This document shows, piece after piece, positions 25,705 to 36,400 of a stretch of DNA of 64,000 bases (position 1 is the first letter of the stretch; every line of letters begins with the position of its first letter). The stretch comes from Thermoanaerobaculia bacterium. Lineage in GTDB: Bacteria > Acidobacteriota > Thermoanaerobaculia > Multivoradales > UBA5704. Under the pieces are notes generated by a model. That model had not been told where the DNA came from. It worked only from the letters and a program-made list of their open reading frames with translations, and did not search any database. The stretch lies in NCBI GenBank assembly GCA_035490435.1, contig DATHEF010000069.1, forward strand, positions 8,180 through 72,179, in the 5' to 3' direction. The translations under genes and the position numbers were made by a program.

Positions 25705-28140
25705 TCAGTCGTAGCGGAGCGCCACGAGGGGATCGACCTTCGCCGCGCGGCGCGCGGGCAGATAGCTCGCCGCGAGCCCCAGCGCTCCGAGCAGGAGCGG
25801 GACGCCCACGAAGGTGACGGCGTCGCTCGCCCCGACGCCATAGAGCAGGCTCAGCATCAGCCGCGACAGCCCCCAGGCTGCGGCGAGGCCGAGGACGAGC
25901 CCTGCCGAGGTGAGCCGCGCCCCCTGGCCGACGATCAGGCGCAACACGTCCTGCTTGCCGGCGCCGAGCGCCATGCGGATGCCCACGTCGCGCGTGCGCT
26001 GGGCCACCGAGTAGGCCATCACCCCGTAGACGCCGATCACCGTCAGGGCGAGCGCGACGCAGCCGAAGAAGGTGAAGAGCAGCGTGTTGAAGCGCTGCCG
26101 GCTCAACGAGTCGTCGATCACCTGGTCGATCGTCTTGACGTCGATCGGAAGATCCCGGTCGATCGACCGGACGGCATCGCGCAGCCCCGTGCCCAGGCTT
26201 TCCGGGCTGCCGCCGGCGGGGCGCAGCACCAGGGTGGTCAGCCGCACCGGGTATTGCGCCAGCGGGACATAGAGCTGATCGCCGCCGGCCTCGGCCAGCC
26301 CCTGCTGGCGGACGTGCCCCACGACGCCGACCACCGTGCGCCAGACGCTCTGCGCCGGCGTGCGGGCGTTGAGCTTCAGGCGCTTGCCGAGAGCGCTCTC
26401 GCCGGGCCAGAGGCGGCGCGCGAGCGCCTCGTCCAGGACCACGGCGCCGGGCGCGTTCTCGTCGTCCGCCGCCGCCAGCGGGCGCCCCTGGAGGAGCGGG
26501 ATCTCCATGGTCTTGAAGTAGCCGGGGCTCACCATCCGCCAGCCGGTCACCGGGGGAGCCTCGTTCGGGCCGAGCACCCGCCCCTCGATGGTGACGTCGC
26601 CCGAGAGGTTCAACCCGGCGCCCATGGGGAGCTCGGAGGCGGTCGCCGCGCTCTCGATCCCGGGCAGGGCCGCGACCCGCTCCAGAAGCCGCCGGTGCAG
26701 CGCCATCGCCTGCGCCTCCTCGGGGAACCGCGCCGACGTCAGGGTGTAGCGGGCGGTGAGGAGCCCCTGGGTGCGGAAGCCGGGATTGACGTCCAGCAAT
26801 CGCCGGAAGCTCTGGATCATCAGTCCGGTGCCGACGAGCACGACGAGCGCGATCGCGATCTCGGCCACCACCAGCGCGCTCCGCGTCCGCTGGCCGGAGG
26901 TGGTTCCGGCCGAGGTCTTGCCGCCATCCTGGAGCGGCGCGCGCAGACTCTTGCCCAGGCTGTGGAAGACCGGCACCAGGCCGAAGATGCAACCGGTCAC
27001 CACCACCAGGCTGAGGGTGAAGAGGAGGACGGAGCCGTCGAGACGGACCTGATCGAGTCGGGGGATGCTACCCGGATTGAAGGCCACCAGCGTCCGGGTG
27101 CTCCAGAACGCCAGCAGGAGCCCGAGCAGGGCGCCGAAAAACGACAGCACGAGACCCTCGGTCAGGAACTGCCGGACCAGGATGGAACGGCTCGAGCCGA
27201 GGGCGGTCCGGATCGCCACCTCCTTGGAGCGGGAGGTCGCCCGCGCGAGCAGCAGGTTGGCGACATTGATACAGGAGATCACCAGCACCAGACCGACGGC
27301 GCCGAAGAGGACCAGCAGGGTCGTCCGTACCCCTCCCACCAGGTCCTCGCGCGCCGGCACCAGGTGGATCCCGTGGCCGCTCGCCGGCGGGTAGCTCTCG
27401 GGATAATCGCGCTCGAACCGCTGCGCGATGAGGTTCATCTCCTCCTGGGCCCGCGCCAGGCTGACGCCGGTCTTCAGCTTGCCGACCACCGTCACGGTGC
27501 GGACCTGCCGCGGCATCAGCTTGGTTGGATTCAACGCCATCGGAATCCAGAGATCGGTCGCATAGTTGCCGAAGCTGAAGCTCTCCGGCATGACGCCGGC
27601 AACGGTGTACGGCTTGCCGTCGAGCGTGATCTTGCCCCCGACGACTCCGGGATCGCCACCGAAGCGCTCGCGCCAGAGCTTGTGGGTGAGGATGGCGACG
27701 TTGTTCTTGCCCAGCACGTCCTCGTCGGCGGTGAAGACCCGCCCGATCGCCGGTTTTATCCCCAGCGTCGGGAACAGGCTCGCCGTGGCGCGGCTGGCCA
27801 GCAGCTCCAGCGGCTCGGTCTTGCCCGTGAGGCTGACGAACTGCGGAGCCACCGCGCCGACACCGTCGAACACCGTGGTCTGGCGTTGCAGATCCAGGAA
27901 CTCCCGCCCGGAGAAGGGGGACTTGGGAGTGTCCTGCAGGAGGAACTGATTCCAGATCATCGTCACCCGGTCCGGCTCGGCGAAGGGCAGCGGCTTGAGC
28001 AGAACGGTGTTGACGACGCTGAAGATCGCACTGCTCGCGCCGATGCCCAGGGCAAGGCAGAGGAGAGCCGCGAAGGTGAATCCCCGGTTCTTCAAAAGAC
28101 TGCGGAAGGCCAATCGAAGATCGCGCAGCAGTATTTCCAT
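25705..28140 (-). CDS. duplicated FtsX/MacB-type ABC permease (ADOP family orphan permease); no ATPase partner adjacent
   Basis: MEILLRDLRLAFRSLLKNRGFTFAALLCLALGIGASSAIFSVVNTVLLKPLPF... There are two FtsX halves, each preceded by a MacB-like periplasmic domain. The start was trimmed to ATG 28140. The stop lies 19 nt upstream of the NRPS start. Confidence 0.9.
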   Translation of the reverse strand: MEILLRDLRLAFRSLLKNRGFTFAALLCLALGIGASSAIFSVVNTVLLKPLPFAEPDRVTMIWNQFLLQDTPKSPFSGREFLDLQRQTTVFDGVGAVAPQFVSLTGKTEPLELLASRATASLFPTLGIKPAIGRVFTADEDVLGKNNVAILTHKLWRERFGGDPGVVGGKITLDGKPYTVAGVMPESFSFGNYATDLWIPMALNPTKLMPRQVRTVTVVGKLKTGVSLARAQEEMNLIAQRFERDYPESYPPASGHGIHLVPAREDLVGGVRTTLLVLFGAVGLVLVISCINVANLLLARATSRSKEVAIRTALGSSRSILVRQFLTEGLVLSFFGALLGLLLAFWSTRTLVAFNPGSIPRLDQVRLDGSVLLFTLSLVVVTGCIFGLVPVFHSLGKSLRAPLQDGGKTSAGTTSGQRTRSALVVAEIAIALVVLVGTGLMIQSFRRLLDVNPGFRTQGLLTARYTLTSARFPEEAQAMALHRRLLERVAALPGIESAATASELPMGAGLNLSGDVTIEGRVLGPNEAPPVTGWRMVSPGYFKTMEIPLLQGRPLAAADDENAPGAVVLDEALARRLWPGESALGKRLKLNARTPAQSVWRTVVGVVGHVRQQGLAEAGGDQLYVPLAQYPVRLTTLVLRPAGGSPESLGTGLRDAVRSIDRDLPIDVKTIDQVIDDSLSRQRFNTLLFTFFGCVALALTVIGVYGVMAYSVAQRTRDVGIRMALGAGKQDVLRLIVGQGARLTSAGLVLGLAAAWGLSRLMLSLLYGVGASDAVTFVGVPLLLGALGLAASYLPARRAAKVDPLVALRYD

Positions 28141-28181
28141 GGTGGTTGGCGCCCTTGAGGTCAGAGCCTTTTTACAACGAA

Positions 28182-28207
28182 GCCCGCCACGCAAGCGCGT
28201 GGCGGGC
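28182..28207 (-). terminator. 11-bp GC stem, 4-nt loop hairpin downstream of the CRTAC1-like gene
   Basis: GCCCGCCACGC-aagc-GCGTGGCGGGC. On the minus strand it is followed by TTCGTTGTAAAAAGG, a T-rich but imperfect U-tract. Confidence 0.5.
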
Positions 28208-28264
28208 GGCGACCTGCGGCTATGAACGTTTCAGGGTCTCGTGGTCAGAGTCCCGAACACGGCC

Positions 28265-30355
28265 TCAGGGATTCGTCTCGGAGTCGAAGGCGCGCAGCGC
28301 GCTCGTCAGGAGCCGCTTCGAGTACTTCTTGTTGATCACGCTCTTGGTGGTCAGGCTCTGCAGCGACTTGTCGACGCACTGCCGGTAGAGCTCGCGGTGA
28401 GCCTTGCGCGACGCGCGCGGCCCCAGGTTGTCCGTCCAGTTGGCGTAGTCGCACGGGATCTCGGGCACCACCAGCTTCTCGCCGGCCTTCACGTCATAGA
28501 GGCGGTTGTGCAAGCCGCCCGGCCAGAAGATTTCGGCGGTTCCCTGGGCCGTCTTGCCGAGGCCGAACGTCGTCCGCAGGCTGTCCTGCGAGGCGTAGCT
28601 CGCGCCACCCACGACCGGGCGGATCGAGGTCTTGCCGCCGTCGGGCGTGAAGCTGATCACGGCGCCGATACCGTCACGGTTGACCTTGCCGCCCGCCGTC
28701 AGGCCCTTGGTGCCCCGCAGCGTGAGCTGGGCGAACGCGTTGCCGTTGTTGGCGCTGTTGATCTCGATCGAGAGGGTACCGTCGTTGATCACCGGATCCA
28801 CGTACTCGAAGCCGGCCGGCGTGAACGCGAAGAAGGCGGTTTCGAACGCCGCGATCTTGTCGAACACCGGGCTGCGCGGCGTCGGCGAGGCGGTCGGCAC
28901 GAAGAGGAAGAAGTTGAACGGCGTGATGTCCATCTCGGAGACGGTGAGAATGTCGTCGAAACCGTCGTTGTTCAGGTCGCCGACGGCGACACCCTCGACC
29001 AGGCGCGGCCGGTGGTCTTCCAGAATCGCCTCGCCGTCATACAGCATGTTGGCCGAGCAAGTGCCCGAGTTCTGCAGCAGCACGCCCGGGTTGTCGAGCT
29101 GGATCTGCCGCAGCATGTCGACCTTGCCGTCGTAGAAGATGTCGACGTCGCCGTCGTTGTCATAGTCGAGCGGCGACGCGCCCCAGCCGAAGGGGGTTCC
29201 GCCGAGGCTGCCGAGACCCGGATCCTTGAAGGTGCCGTTGGCGTTCTGCAGGTACCAGCGGGAGGCCCGGCCCGGCGTCAGGTAGCTGCCGGTGTCGGTG
29301 ACGAAGAAGTCGATGGTGCCGTCGCAGTTGAGGTCGGTGAAAGCGTAGCCCATGAAGCCGCCGGCGACCTTGAGACCCAGATTGAAGGTCTCATCGGTGA
29401 AGTGGCCGGTGCCGTCGTTCTTGAGCAGACGCATGTAACCGCGCTCGGTGTCGCCGGGACCGGCATCCTCGGCTTCCATCAGGTCGAGGTCGCCGTCCTG
29501 GTCGATGTCGACCAGCGCGATGCCCCAGGTGACGTTCCGGCCGGCCGGTACGTTGGCGCCCAGCAGGTTGCGGATGCCCGAGCTCTGGCTGGCGTTCGTG
29601 AAGGTGAGATTGCCGTTGTTGACGAACAGATAGTCGGGCTCGGTTCCGGAGATGAACCCCGCCTGGAAGACCGGGCGGCGATGCGTCCACGGGTGGTAGG
29701 TGGTGCCCACCACGATGTCGAGCAGGCCGTCGTTGTTGACGTCGCCCATCGAGCAGCCCGCGTAGAACCAGGAGGGCTGGCCACCCACGCCGGCGGTGGG
29801 GGTGATGTCCGCGAAGGTGCCGTTGCCGTTGTTGTGGTACAGGTGGTTCGCATAACCGGAACCGAGGACGTACAGCTCCTGGCTGCCGTCGTTGTCGAGG
29901 TCGCCGAAGCAGACACCCGAGCTGTCGTGATCGACCAGCGCCACGCCGGCCTGGGTCGCGACATCGACGAAGGTGGTGGAGCCGGTCTCGATCAGCATGT
30001 TCTTGTAGAGGCTGTTGGCCGCCCCGGGACCATTGGTGGTGTAGACGTCGAGGTCGCCGTCGTTATCGAAGTCGAGGACGGCGATACCGGGAGCCCCGTG
30101 CCACTTCTGGGAGGATTCCCGGACTTTCGCGGCGATCTGCGGGATCGGGATCGGCGACGCGGCGGCGGCCGCATCGTGCACGGCTTTCCGATCCGGGGTC
30201 GCGATGCGGTGATACGAAATCCCCGCACCTCCATCATGCGCGATGTTCGTGAACGTGACGCCACCGTCGGCGTAGGCAGCGCCCACGCCCGCCAGCAGCA
30301 GCGAAATGCCACTGAAGGCTCTGATCGTTCTTCTCAAGGCAATCTCCTTTTCCAT
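28265..30355 (-). CDS. secreted CRTAC1-family protein (FG-GAP/VCBS beta-propeller repeats plus ASPIC/UnbV C-terminal domain)
   Basis: Signal peptide RRTIRAFSGISLLLAGVGAAYA. Repeated DxDxDG loops are present (DFDNDGDLDVY, GDLDNDGSQELY, GDVNNDGLLDIVV, VDIDQDGDLDLM, DYDNDGDVDIF, GDLNNDGFDDIL). The C-terminus GKVNRDGIGAVISF...GGASYASQDS is UnbV_ASPIC-like. It has its own Shine-Dalgarno sequence GGAGG. Confidence 0.9.
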   Translation of the reverse strand: MEKEIALRRTIRAFSGISLLLAGVGAAYADGGVTFTNIAHDGGAGISYHRIATPDRKAVHDAAAAASPIPIPQIAAKVRESSQKWHGAPGIAVLDFDNDGDLDVYTTNGPGAANSLYKNMLIETGSTTFVDVATQAGVALVDHDSSGVCFGDLDNDGSQELYVLGSGYANHLYHNNGNGTFADITPTAGVGGQPSWFYAGCSMGDVNNDGLLDIVVGTTYHPWTHRRPVFQAGFISGTEPDYLFVNNGNLTFTNASQSSGIRNLLGANVPAGRNVTWGIALVDIDQDGDLDLMEAEDAGPGDTERGYMRLLKNDGTGHFTDETFNLGLKVAGGFMGYAFTDLNCDGTIDFFVTDTGSYLTPGRASRWYLQNANGTFKDPGLGSLGGTPFGWGASPLDYDNDGDVDIFYDGKVDMLRQIQLDNPGVLLQNSGTCSANMLYDGEAILEDHRPRLVEGVAVGDLNNDGFDDILTVSEMDITPFNFFLFVPTASPTPRSPVFDKIAAFETAFFAFTPAGFEYVDPVINDGTLSIEINSANNGNAFAQLTLRGTKGLTAGGKVNRDGIGAVISFTPDGGKTSIRPVVGGASYASQDSLRTTFGLGKTAQGTAEIFWPGGLHNRLYDVKAGEKLVVPEIPCDYANWTDNLGPRASRKAHRELYRQCVDKSLQSLTTKSVINKKYSKRLLTSALRAFDSETNP

Positions 30356-30374
30356 TTGCTAAACCTCCATCATT

Positions 30375-30394
30375 GACAGATGAATGTCTCTGTC
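30375..30394. promoter_or_regulatory. inverted repeat GACAGA-N8-TCTGTC 20-40 bp upstream of the CRTAC1-like start (candidate operator)
   Basis: gacagatgaatgtctctgtc read directly from the sequence. No protein partner is identified. Confidence 0.25.
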
Positions 30395-30468
30395 TCGCAA
30401 GTCTTCCTATCGCTAGAGTGCCGGCCCGGTCCGAAACCGAGACAACGGGTCCTCTCAACCTTCAAGGG

Positions 30469-33400
30469 CTAGGAAAAGAGCTTGTCGAGCTCCTCCTGGC
30501 TGAGCTCCGCGTCGGGGAAGTCCGAAGGGGTGTATACGCTCAGGACTCCGGAGCGGCAGACCTCGATCAACGAGCGGAGCTCGGTCAGGAAACCTGCCGC
30601 GATCGCCGCGACCGCGCCGCCGAGCGCCCCCTCCCCGCCGCTTCGCCAATCGAAGCGCAGCCCTTCGCCGTCGAGCTGGCCGGTCACCGCCAGGGCGGCT
30701 CCCGCCGGGCGGAGCCCGGTGGTCTGGGCCTCTCCGTGGTAGGAGAAGCTCACTTCAGGGAACGGCAGGGCCGCCAGCCGGCGCCGGACATCCTCGTCCC
30801 CCGTGAGCTCGCCCAGGAGGATGGGGTCGACGCCGTTCGATACCGCGCCGCGGACCTGCTCCTTGACCAGGCGCAGCTCCTGGACCAGGTCTTCCGATTC
30901 CCCGACGTCGAGCACCATGGGGAGCGAAGCGCTGAAGCACCCTGCCGTCCGTGGCAGATCGGCGTTCAGCGGATCGGCGTCGCGCGCGTCCACTTCGACC
31001 CGCAGCAGGACCGGACGCCTGACGGCACCGCGGGACAGCGTCTTGGCCAGGGCGGCCAGCACGGCCTCCTCAGGCCGCACGCGCTGCAGATCTGGGATCT
31101 CGGTGAGCAGGGCCCGGGTCTCCTCGGCGTCGAGCCGGACCGAGACGGTCTCCCGGCTCTCGCCGCCGCCCCAGAGCGCCGGATCGATCGCCGGCACGGC
31201 GCCGGAGCTCTCCCAGGCCACCAGCCAGGCGCCCGACTCCGGGCGCAGGCCCTGGCTCCTCACCCGCTCGATCCGCTCCGCCAGCCAGGGGTGGAAGCTC
31301 CCGGCGGCCGGCGGCGGGGCGGCCTCCCCTCCCGCCGCGAGCTGCTGACACGCGCTCCTCAGCTCCTCGCGCAGGAAATCCCAGGAGTGGGTGTCCACCG
31401 CCACCGGATGGGCGACCACCAGGACGCGCTCCGCGTTCTCCTCCCCTTCGCTCAGCACCGCGGCGGCCAGCAGGACGCCCCGCTCCGGATCGAGGCTCGT
31501 CCGCAGCTCTCGGGCCAGCCTCGCCAGGTCCGCCTCGCGGTCCGCCGGCGAGGTGACGGCGAGCGCCATCTCCCCCACCGTGAGCTCGGGCGCGGACCCC
31601 GGGACCTGCGTCCAGCCTTCCGGCCCCGGCACGAAACGAGTGCGCAACGCGTCGTGCCGGGCCACCACCTGCGCGAGCGCCCGGCGTACGACCTCGCGCT
31701 CCGCTCCGGCGGCTATCCGCGGCAGCGACCAGGTCGTGTACCAGCAGGGGGCCGCCGCGGGGCCGGCGAGCAACTCCCGCTGGAAGGAGGTCACCGGCAG
31801 CGGTTCGGCCGCCGTCTCCGCCTGCGGAGAGGCATCCGTATCCAGAAGCTTGGCAAGCTCCGCGATGGTCTGATGCTCGAAGAGCTGATCGGGAGCGAGC
31901 CGGAGCCCGGCGGCGCTCGCCCGGGCGATGAGCTGGATGCCGATGATCGAATCGCCGCCGAGATCGAAGAAGTTGTCGTTGACGCCGACCTGCTCGAGGC
32001 CGAGCGTCGCCTGCCAGACGTCGGCCAGCCGGCGCTCGATCCCGGGCGCGGGGGCGACGTAGGGGGTCGGGATGTTCGGCCGCTCGTGGATCACCGCCGA
32101 CGGTGCCGTGACCCCTCCCGCCGCCGCGAACAGCGACGCCTGGTTCATCGCGCTCACCTGGGCGATCAGCGCGTGGAGATCCTTGGCCGTGACCACGATC
32201 TGCGCGGCCTCGAGGTCCCGGGACAGCGCCCGGCGCAGTGCCTCCACTCCCTCGTGAGGGAGGATGCCGTCGCTCTCCTCGTCGTCCGCCTCGTCCGCCG
32301 CGTCCGCCGCCACCTCCACCGCCGCCGGCCGAGCGGGCTCGGCCACGATCTGGGCCTCGGCCTGGGGCGCCGGAGCCTCCGCCCCACGGCCGGTCTTGAT
32401 CGTCTGGCTGTTGATCCGCTTCAGCATGAAGTGGTCGATCTCGATCAGCACCTCGCCGTCTTCGCCCAGGATCATCACGTCGACCGAGGTCGTCTCATTC
32501 CGCGAGCCGGGCTCGCCATGGCGGCGCAGATAGCTGTAGAAGCGCTGCGGCAGGTGGCGGTGAACCCGCACCCTCTGATAGGAGAGCGGCAGGTAGCTGT
32601 CCTCCTCGAAGAAGCCGGCGATGCCGGTGGCGACGTCCAGGAGGGCCGGGTGCAGGCCGTAGTGCAGGGCGTCTTCAGCGAACTCCTCGGGAAGCTCGAC
32701 GCGGGCGATCCCTTCGCCACGGCCCAGGTAGATCTTCTTGAGGCTCTGCCAGTGAGGCCCCCAGGAGACGAACGCCTCCCCCTCGCTCATCACCGGTCCG
32801 GCGATCTCCATCTCACGCTCGCTGCAGCGGGCGAGGATCTCGGCGACGTCGTAGCGCGACCGGGCAGCCGGCTCGCCCAGCGCCTGCACCCTGCCACGGG
32901 CATGCGGCTGCCAGGTCGGCTCGCCGATGCCGGACTGCGGATCGATGCGGCTGGTCACCCGGAAATTGAAGGCATCCCCCTCCTTCTCCAGGAGGACACG
33001 GATCCGCCGCTCCCCCTCGGACACCAGCAGGGGCGAGAGGAAGAAGACGTCCCGCAACTCGACCCCGCCGTCCGGCGAGTACCCCTCGAAGAGGGCGCCG
33101 TGGTGCAGAAAGGCGGCCCGCCCCAGCTCGAGATAGGTGGTGCCGGGCAGGGTGGGAACCCCCATCAGCTTGTGCTCTGCCAGCACCCAGTGCCGGGCGG
33201 CGCTGAGATCGGTCTCGTAGATGGTCTGGTCCGCCATCTCGAAGACGCAGCGGTCGAGCAGTGGATGAATGTCCTCGCCCTTCGTCTGCTTCGAGGAGCC
33301 GGTCGAGGCGCCGCGGGTGATCCCCGCCGCCACCGCCATGCCGACCTCCTCCCAGGCTCCCCAGTTGATCGACACCGTCCGTGGCCCGCCGGCCAGGGCC

Positions 33401-36400
33401 ACGTCGTGGGCGAGCGCGTCGAGAAAGTTGTTGGCCGCGCCGTAATCGACCTGCCCCAGGCCGCCCGCCACGGCGATGGTCGACGAGCAGAAGACGACGA
33501 AGTCGAGGGGCACGCCGGCGAAGGCGGCCAGCAGCGAACGGGTGCCCTCCACCTTCGGCGCGAGCACCCGGCTCGCCGCTTCCGCGGTCTTGAGCTGGAT
33601 CAAGCCGCCGCCGGCCAGGCCGGCGGCGTGGATCACGCCGTGGACCTCGCCGAACCGGGCGATCGCCTGGCCGGCCAGGGCGCGCATCTGCTCCCGGTCG
33701 GTGACGTCGGCGCCGGCCACCAGCACCTCCGCACCGAGGGCCTCGATCTCACGGATCTTGCGGATCCGCTGACTGATGCGGTCCGTCTCGCCGTGATTGG
33801 CGAGCCACTCGTTCCAGGTGCTCGGGTCGGGCAGCGCCGTGACGCCGAGCAGCACGAGCCGGGCCCGGTACTCCCGCGCGAGGAACTCGGCGAAGGTCAG
33901 GCCCAGGCCGCCAAGGCCGCCGGTGATCAGGTAGACCCCCCGCTCGCGCAGCCGGACCGCCGCGGGGGCCGGCGCCTCCAGATGCACGGCCTCGTAGTCC
34001 TGCACCCAGCGGCCGCCGCCCCGGTAGGCGACCACCGGCCGCGCGGGCTCCGCGGTCGTTTCGGCGATCAGCCGCCCGGCCAGCGAGCCGTCGGCCGGCC
34101 AGGCGACATCCACGCTGACGCAACGCAGGTTCGCGTACTCCTGGGACATGGTCTTGAGCGGCCCCAACAGCATGGCCCGCTCGGGCAGCAGCCGGTCCTC
34201 GCCCGCGACCCGCTGCATGTGGCTGGAGACGACGACCAGATGGATGCGCTGGGTGACGCCGTTCTTGCCGAGCGCCTGGGTGAGGTAGAGCAGGCTCCAG
34301 AAGCTGCGCTCCGGCACCCGCGCGAGGGCCTGCGGATCGGCGGTGGCCGGCCCGACATTCCACAGGTGGAGCACGCAGTCCGGAAGGCCACCGGCGGCGG
34401 CGAGATCCTTGATCAGAGCGTCATGGTCCTCGCGCCGGCCCGGGGCGACCTCGTAGCTCCCCTCGCCGACCTTGCGGAAACTCTCGCCGGGCCGCACCAC
34501 GGTCACGCGCCGCCCCTCGCCGGCCAGCCGCTCGACCGCCCGCTCCCCGACTTCCCCCTCGTCGAGGAAGACCAGCCAGCGGCCGGCTCTCTCCACCTCC
34601 TCCGCCGACGGCACGGGCGGCAGCGAGGGCTTCCAGTAAGGAAGGTAGAACCAGTCGGCGATGTTCTCCTTCTTGTGGTGATCCACGGTGGCCCCCCCAC
34701 CGAAGGGGAGAGCTCCCTGGACCCGCTCGACCCAGAAACGCCGGCCCTCGAACGGGTAGGTCGGCAGGGGGACCCGCCGCCGGCGCTCGCGCGCGTAGAA
34801 GCCTTTCCAGTCCGGCTCGACGCCGTGCATCCAGAGCTGACCCAGCGCCTTGAGCAGAACCGGCAGATCCTCCTTCCGCTCCTTCGGATGGCGGAGCGAA
34901 GAGAGGACGACGTGGCGGGTGCCGCAGTCGGGGTGCTGCCGGACGAGGGTCGCCAGGGTCTGCCCCGGCCCGACCTCCAGCAGGACCCGTTGCGCGTCCT
35001 TGCACAGCTCGCGCACGCCGTCAGCGAAGCGCACCGCCTGCCGCAGATGTCGCGCCCAGTAGGACGGATCGGTCGCCTCCGCGTCGGTGATCCAGGTCCC
35101 GGTCACGTTCGAGACGTAGGGGATCTTCGGCGGATGGAGCTGGAGCTCCGCGAACCGCTCGACGAACGGCGCCAGGATCGGCTCCATCATCTCCGAATGG
35201 AACGCGTGAGACGTGTGGAGCGGCCGCGCGCCCACGCCGCGGGATTCGAGCTCGGCGCGCAGCGCCTCCACCGCCGCCTCGGGACCCGAGACCACACAGC
35301 GGTCCGGGGCGTTGATGGCGGCGAGAGAGAGCCCCGCGCCCAGCAGCGGCGCGACCTTCTCTTCGCTCAGCGGCACCGCGAGCATCCCTCCCGAGGGGAG
35401 GCTCTGCATCAGCCGGCCGCGCTCCGCCACCAGGGCGAGAGCGTCGTCAAGCTCGAAGACACCCGCGAGACAGGCGGCGACATACTCGCCGATGCTGTGC
35501 CCCATCATCGCCGTGGGCACGATGCCCCACTCCATCCACAGGCGGGCGAGCGCGTACTCGACGACGAACAGCGCCGGCTGGGTGAAGCGGGTCTGGCCGA
35601 GCCGCTCCGCGGCCTCGGCGTCGCCGTCCGCCGCGAGCAGAAGCTCCCTCAGGTCGAGCCCGAGGTGCGGCCGCAGCCGCTCGCAACAGAGGTCGACCTG
35701 AGCGCGGAAGGCCGGCTCCGACTCATAGAGACCGCGGCCCATCCCGGCGTACTGCGCCCCCTGCCCCGAGAAGAGGAAAGCGGCCGAGCGCTCGCGGCCG
35801 GGAGAGAAGGACGCGACGGACCACTCCGGGTCCTCCCCGGCCAGGATCCGGACGGCGTGCCCGGCGTCCCGGCAGACCACCGCCCGCCGGTGCTCGTGCA
35901 GCTTGCGCCCGACCTGCAGCGTGTGGACGACGTCGGCGAATTCGCTCTCCGGGTGCTCTTCCAGGTGAGAGGCGAGGTTCCCGGCCAGGGTGGCGAGGGC
36001 GGTGTCCGTGCGGGCCGAGAGGAGCAGGAGCTGCCAGGGACGGGACGGCGTGGCGGGCGCGGGTTCCGGAGCCTCCTCGAGGATCACGTGGGCGTTGGTG
36101 CCGCCCATGCCGAAGGCGCTCACACCGGCCCGGCGCGGCGTGCCGTTCGCCTCCCACTCGCGCAGGCGCGTGTTGACGAAGAACGGGCTGCTCTCGAAGT
36201 CGATCTGCGGATTCGGCGTTTCGAACAGCAGAGAGGGGGGGATCATTCGATGCTTCAGGGCGAGCACGGCCTTGATCAGGCTGGCCACGCCGGCCGCGGC
36301 GCCGAGGTGCCCGATGTTGGTCTTGACCGAGCCCAGGGCGCAGAACTGCCGCTCCTGGGTTTTCTCGCGGAAGACCTTGGTCAGCGCCGTCACCTCGATG

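Noticed and set aside
25686-25841. 52-codon N-terminal extension of the NRPS ORF.
   Set aside because: It overlaps the 3' end of the permease gene and is Arg/Ser-rich. MKKENIENIYRLSPIQQGMLFH at ATG 25685 is a typical C-domain start.
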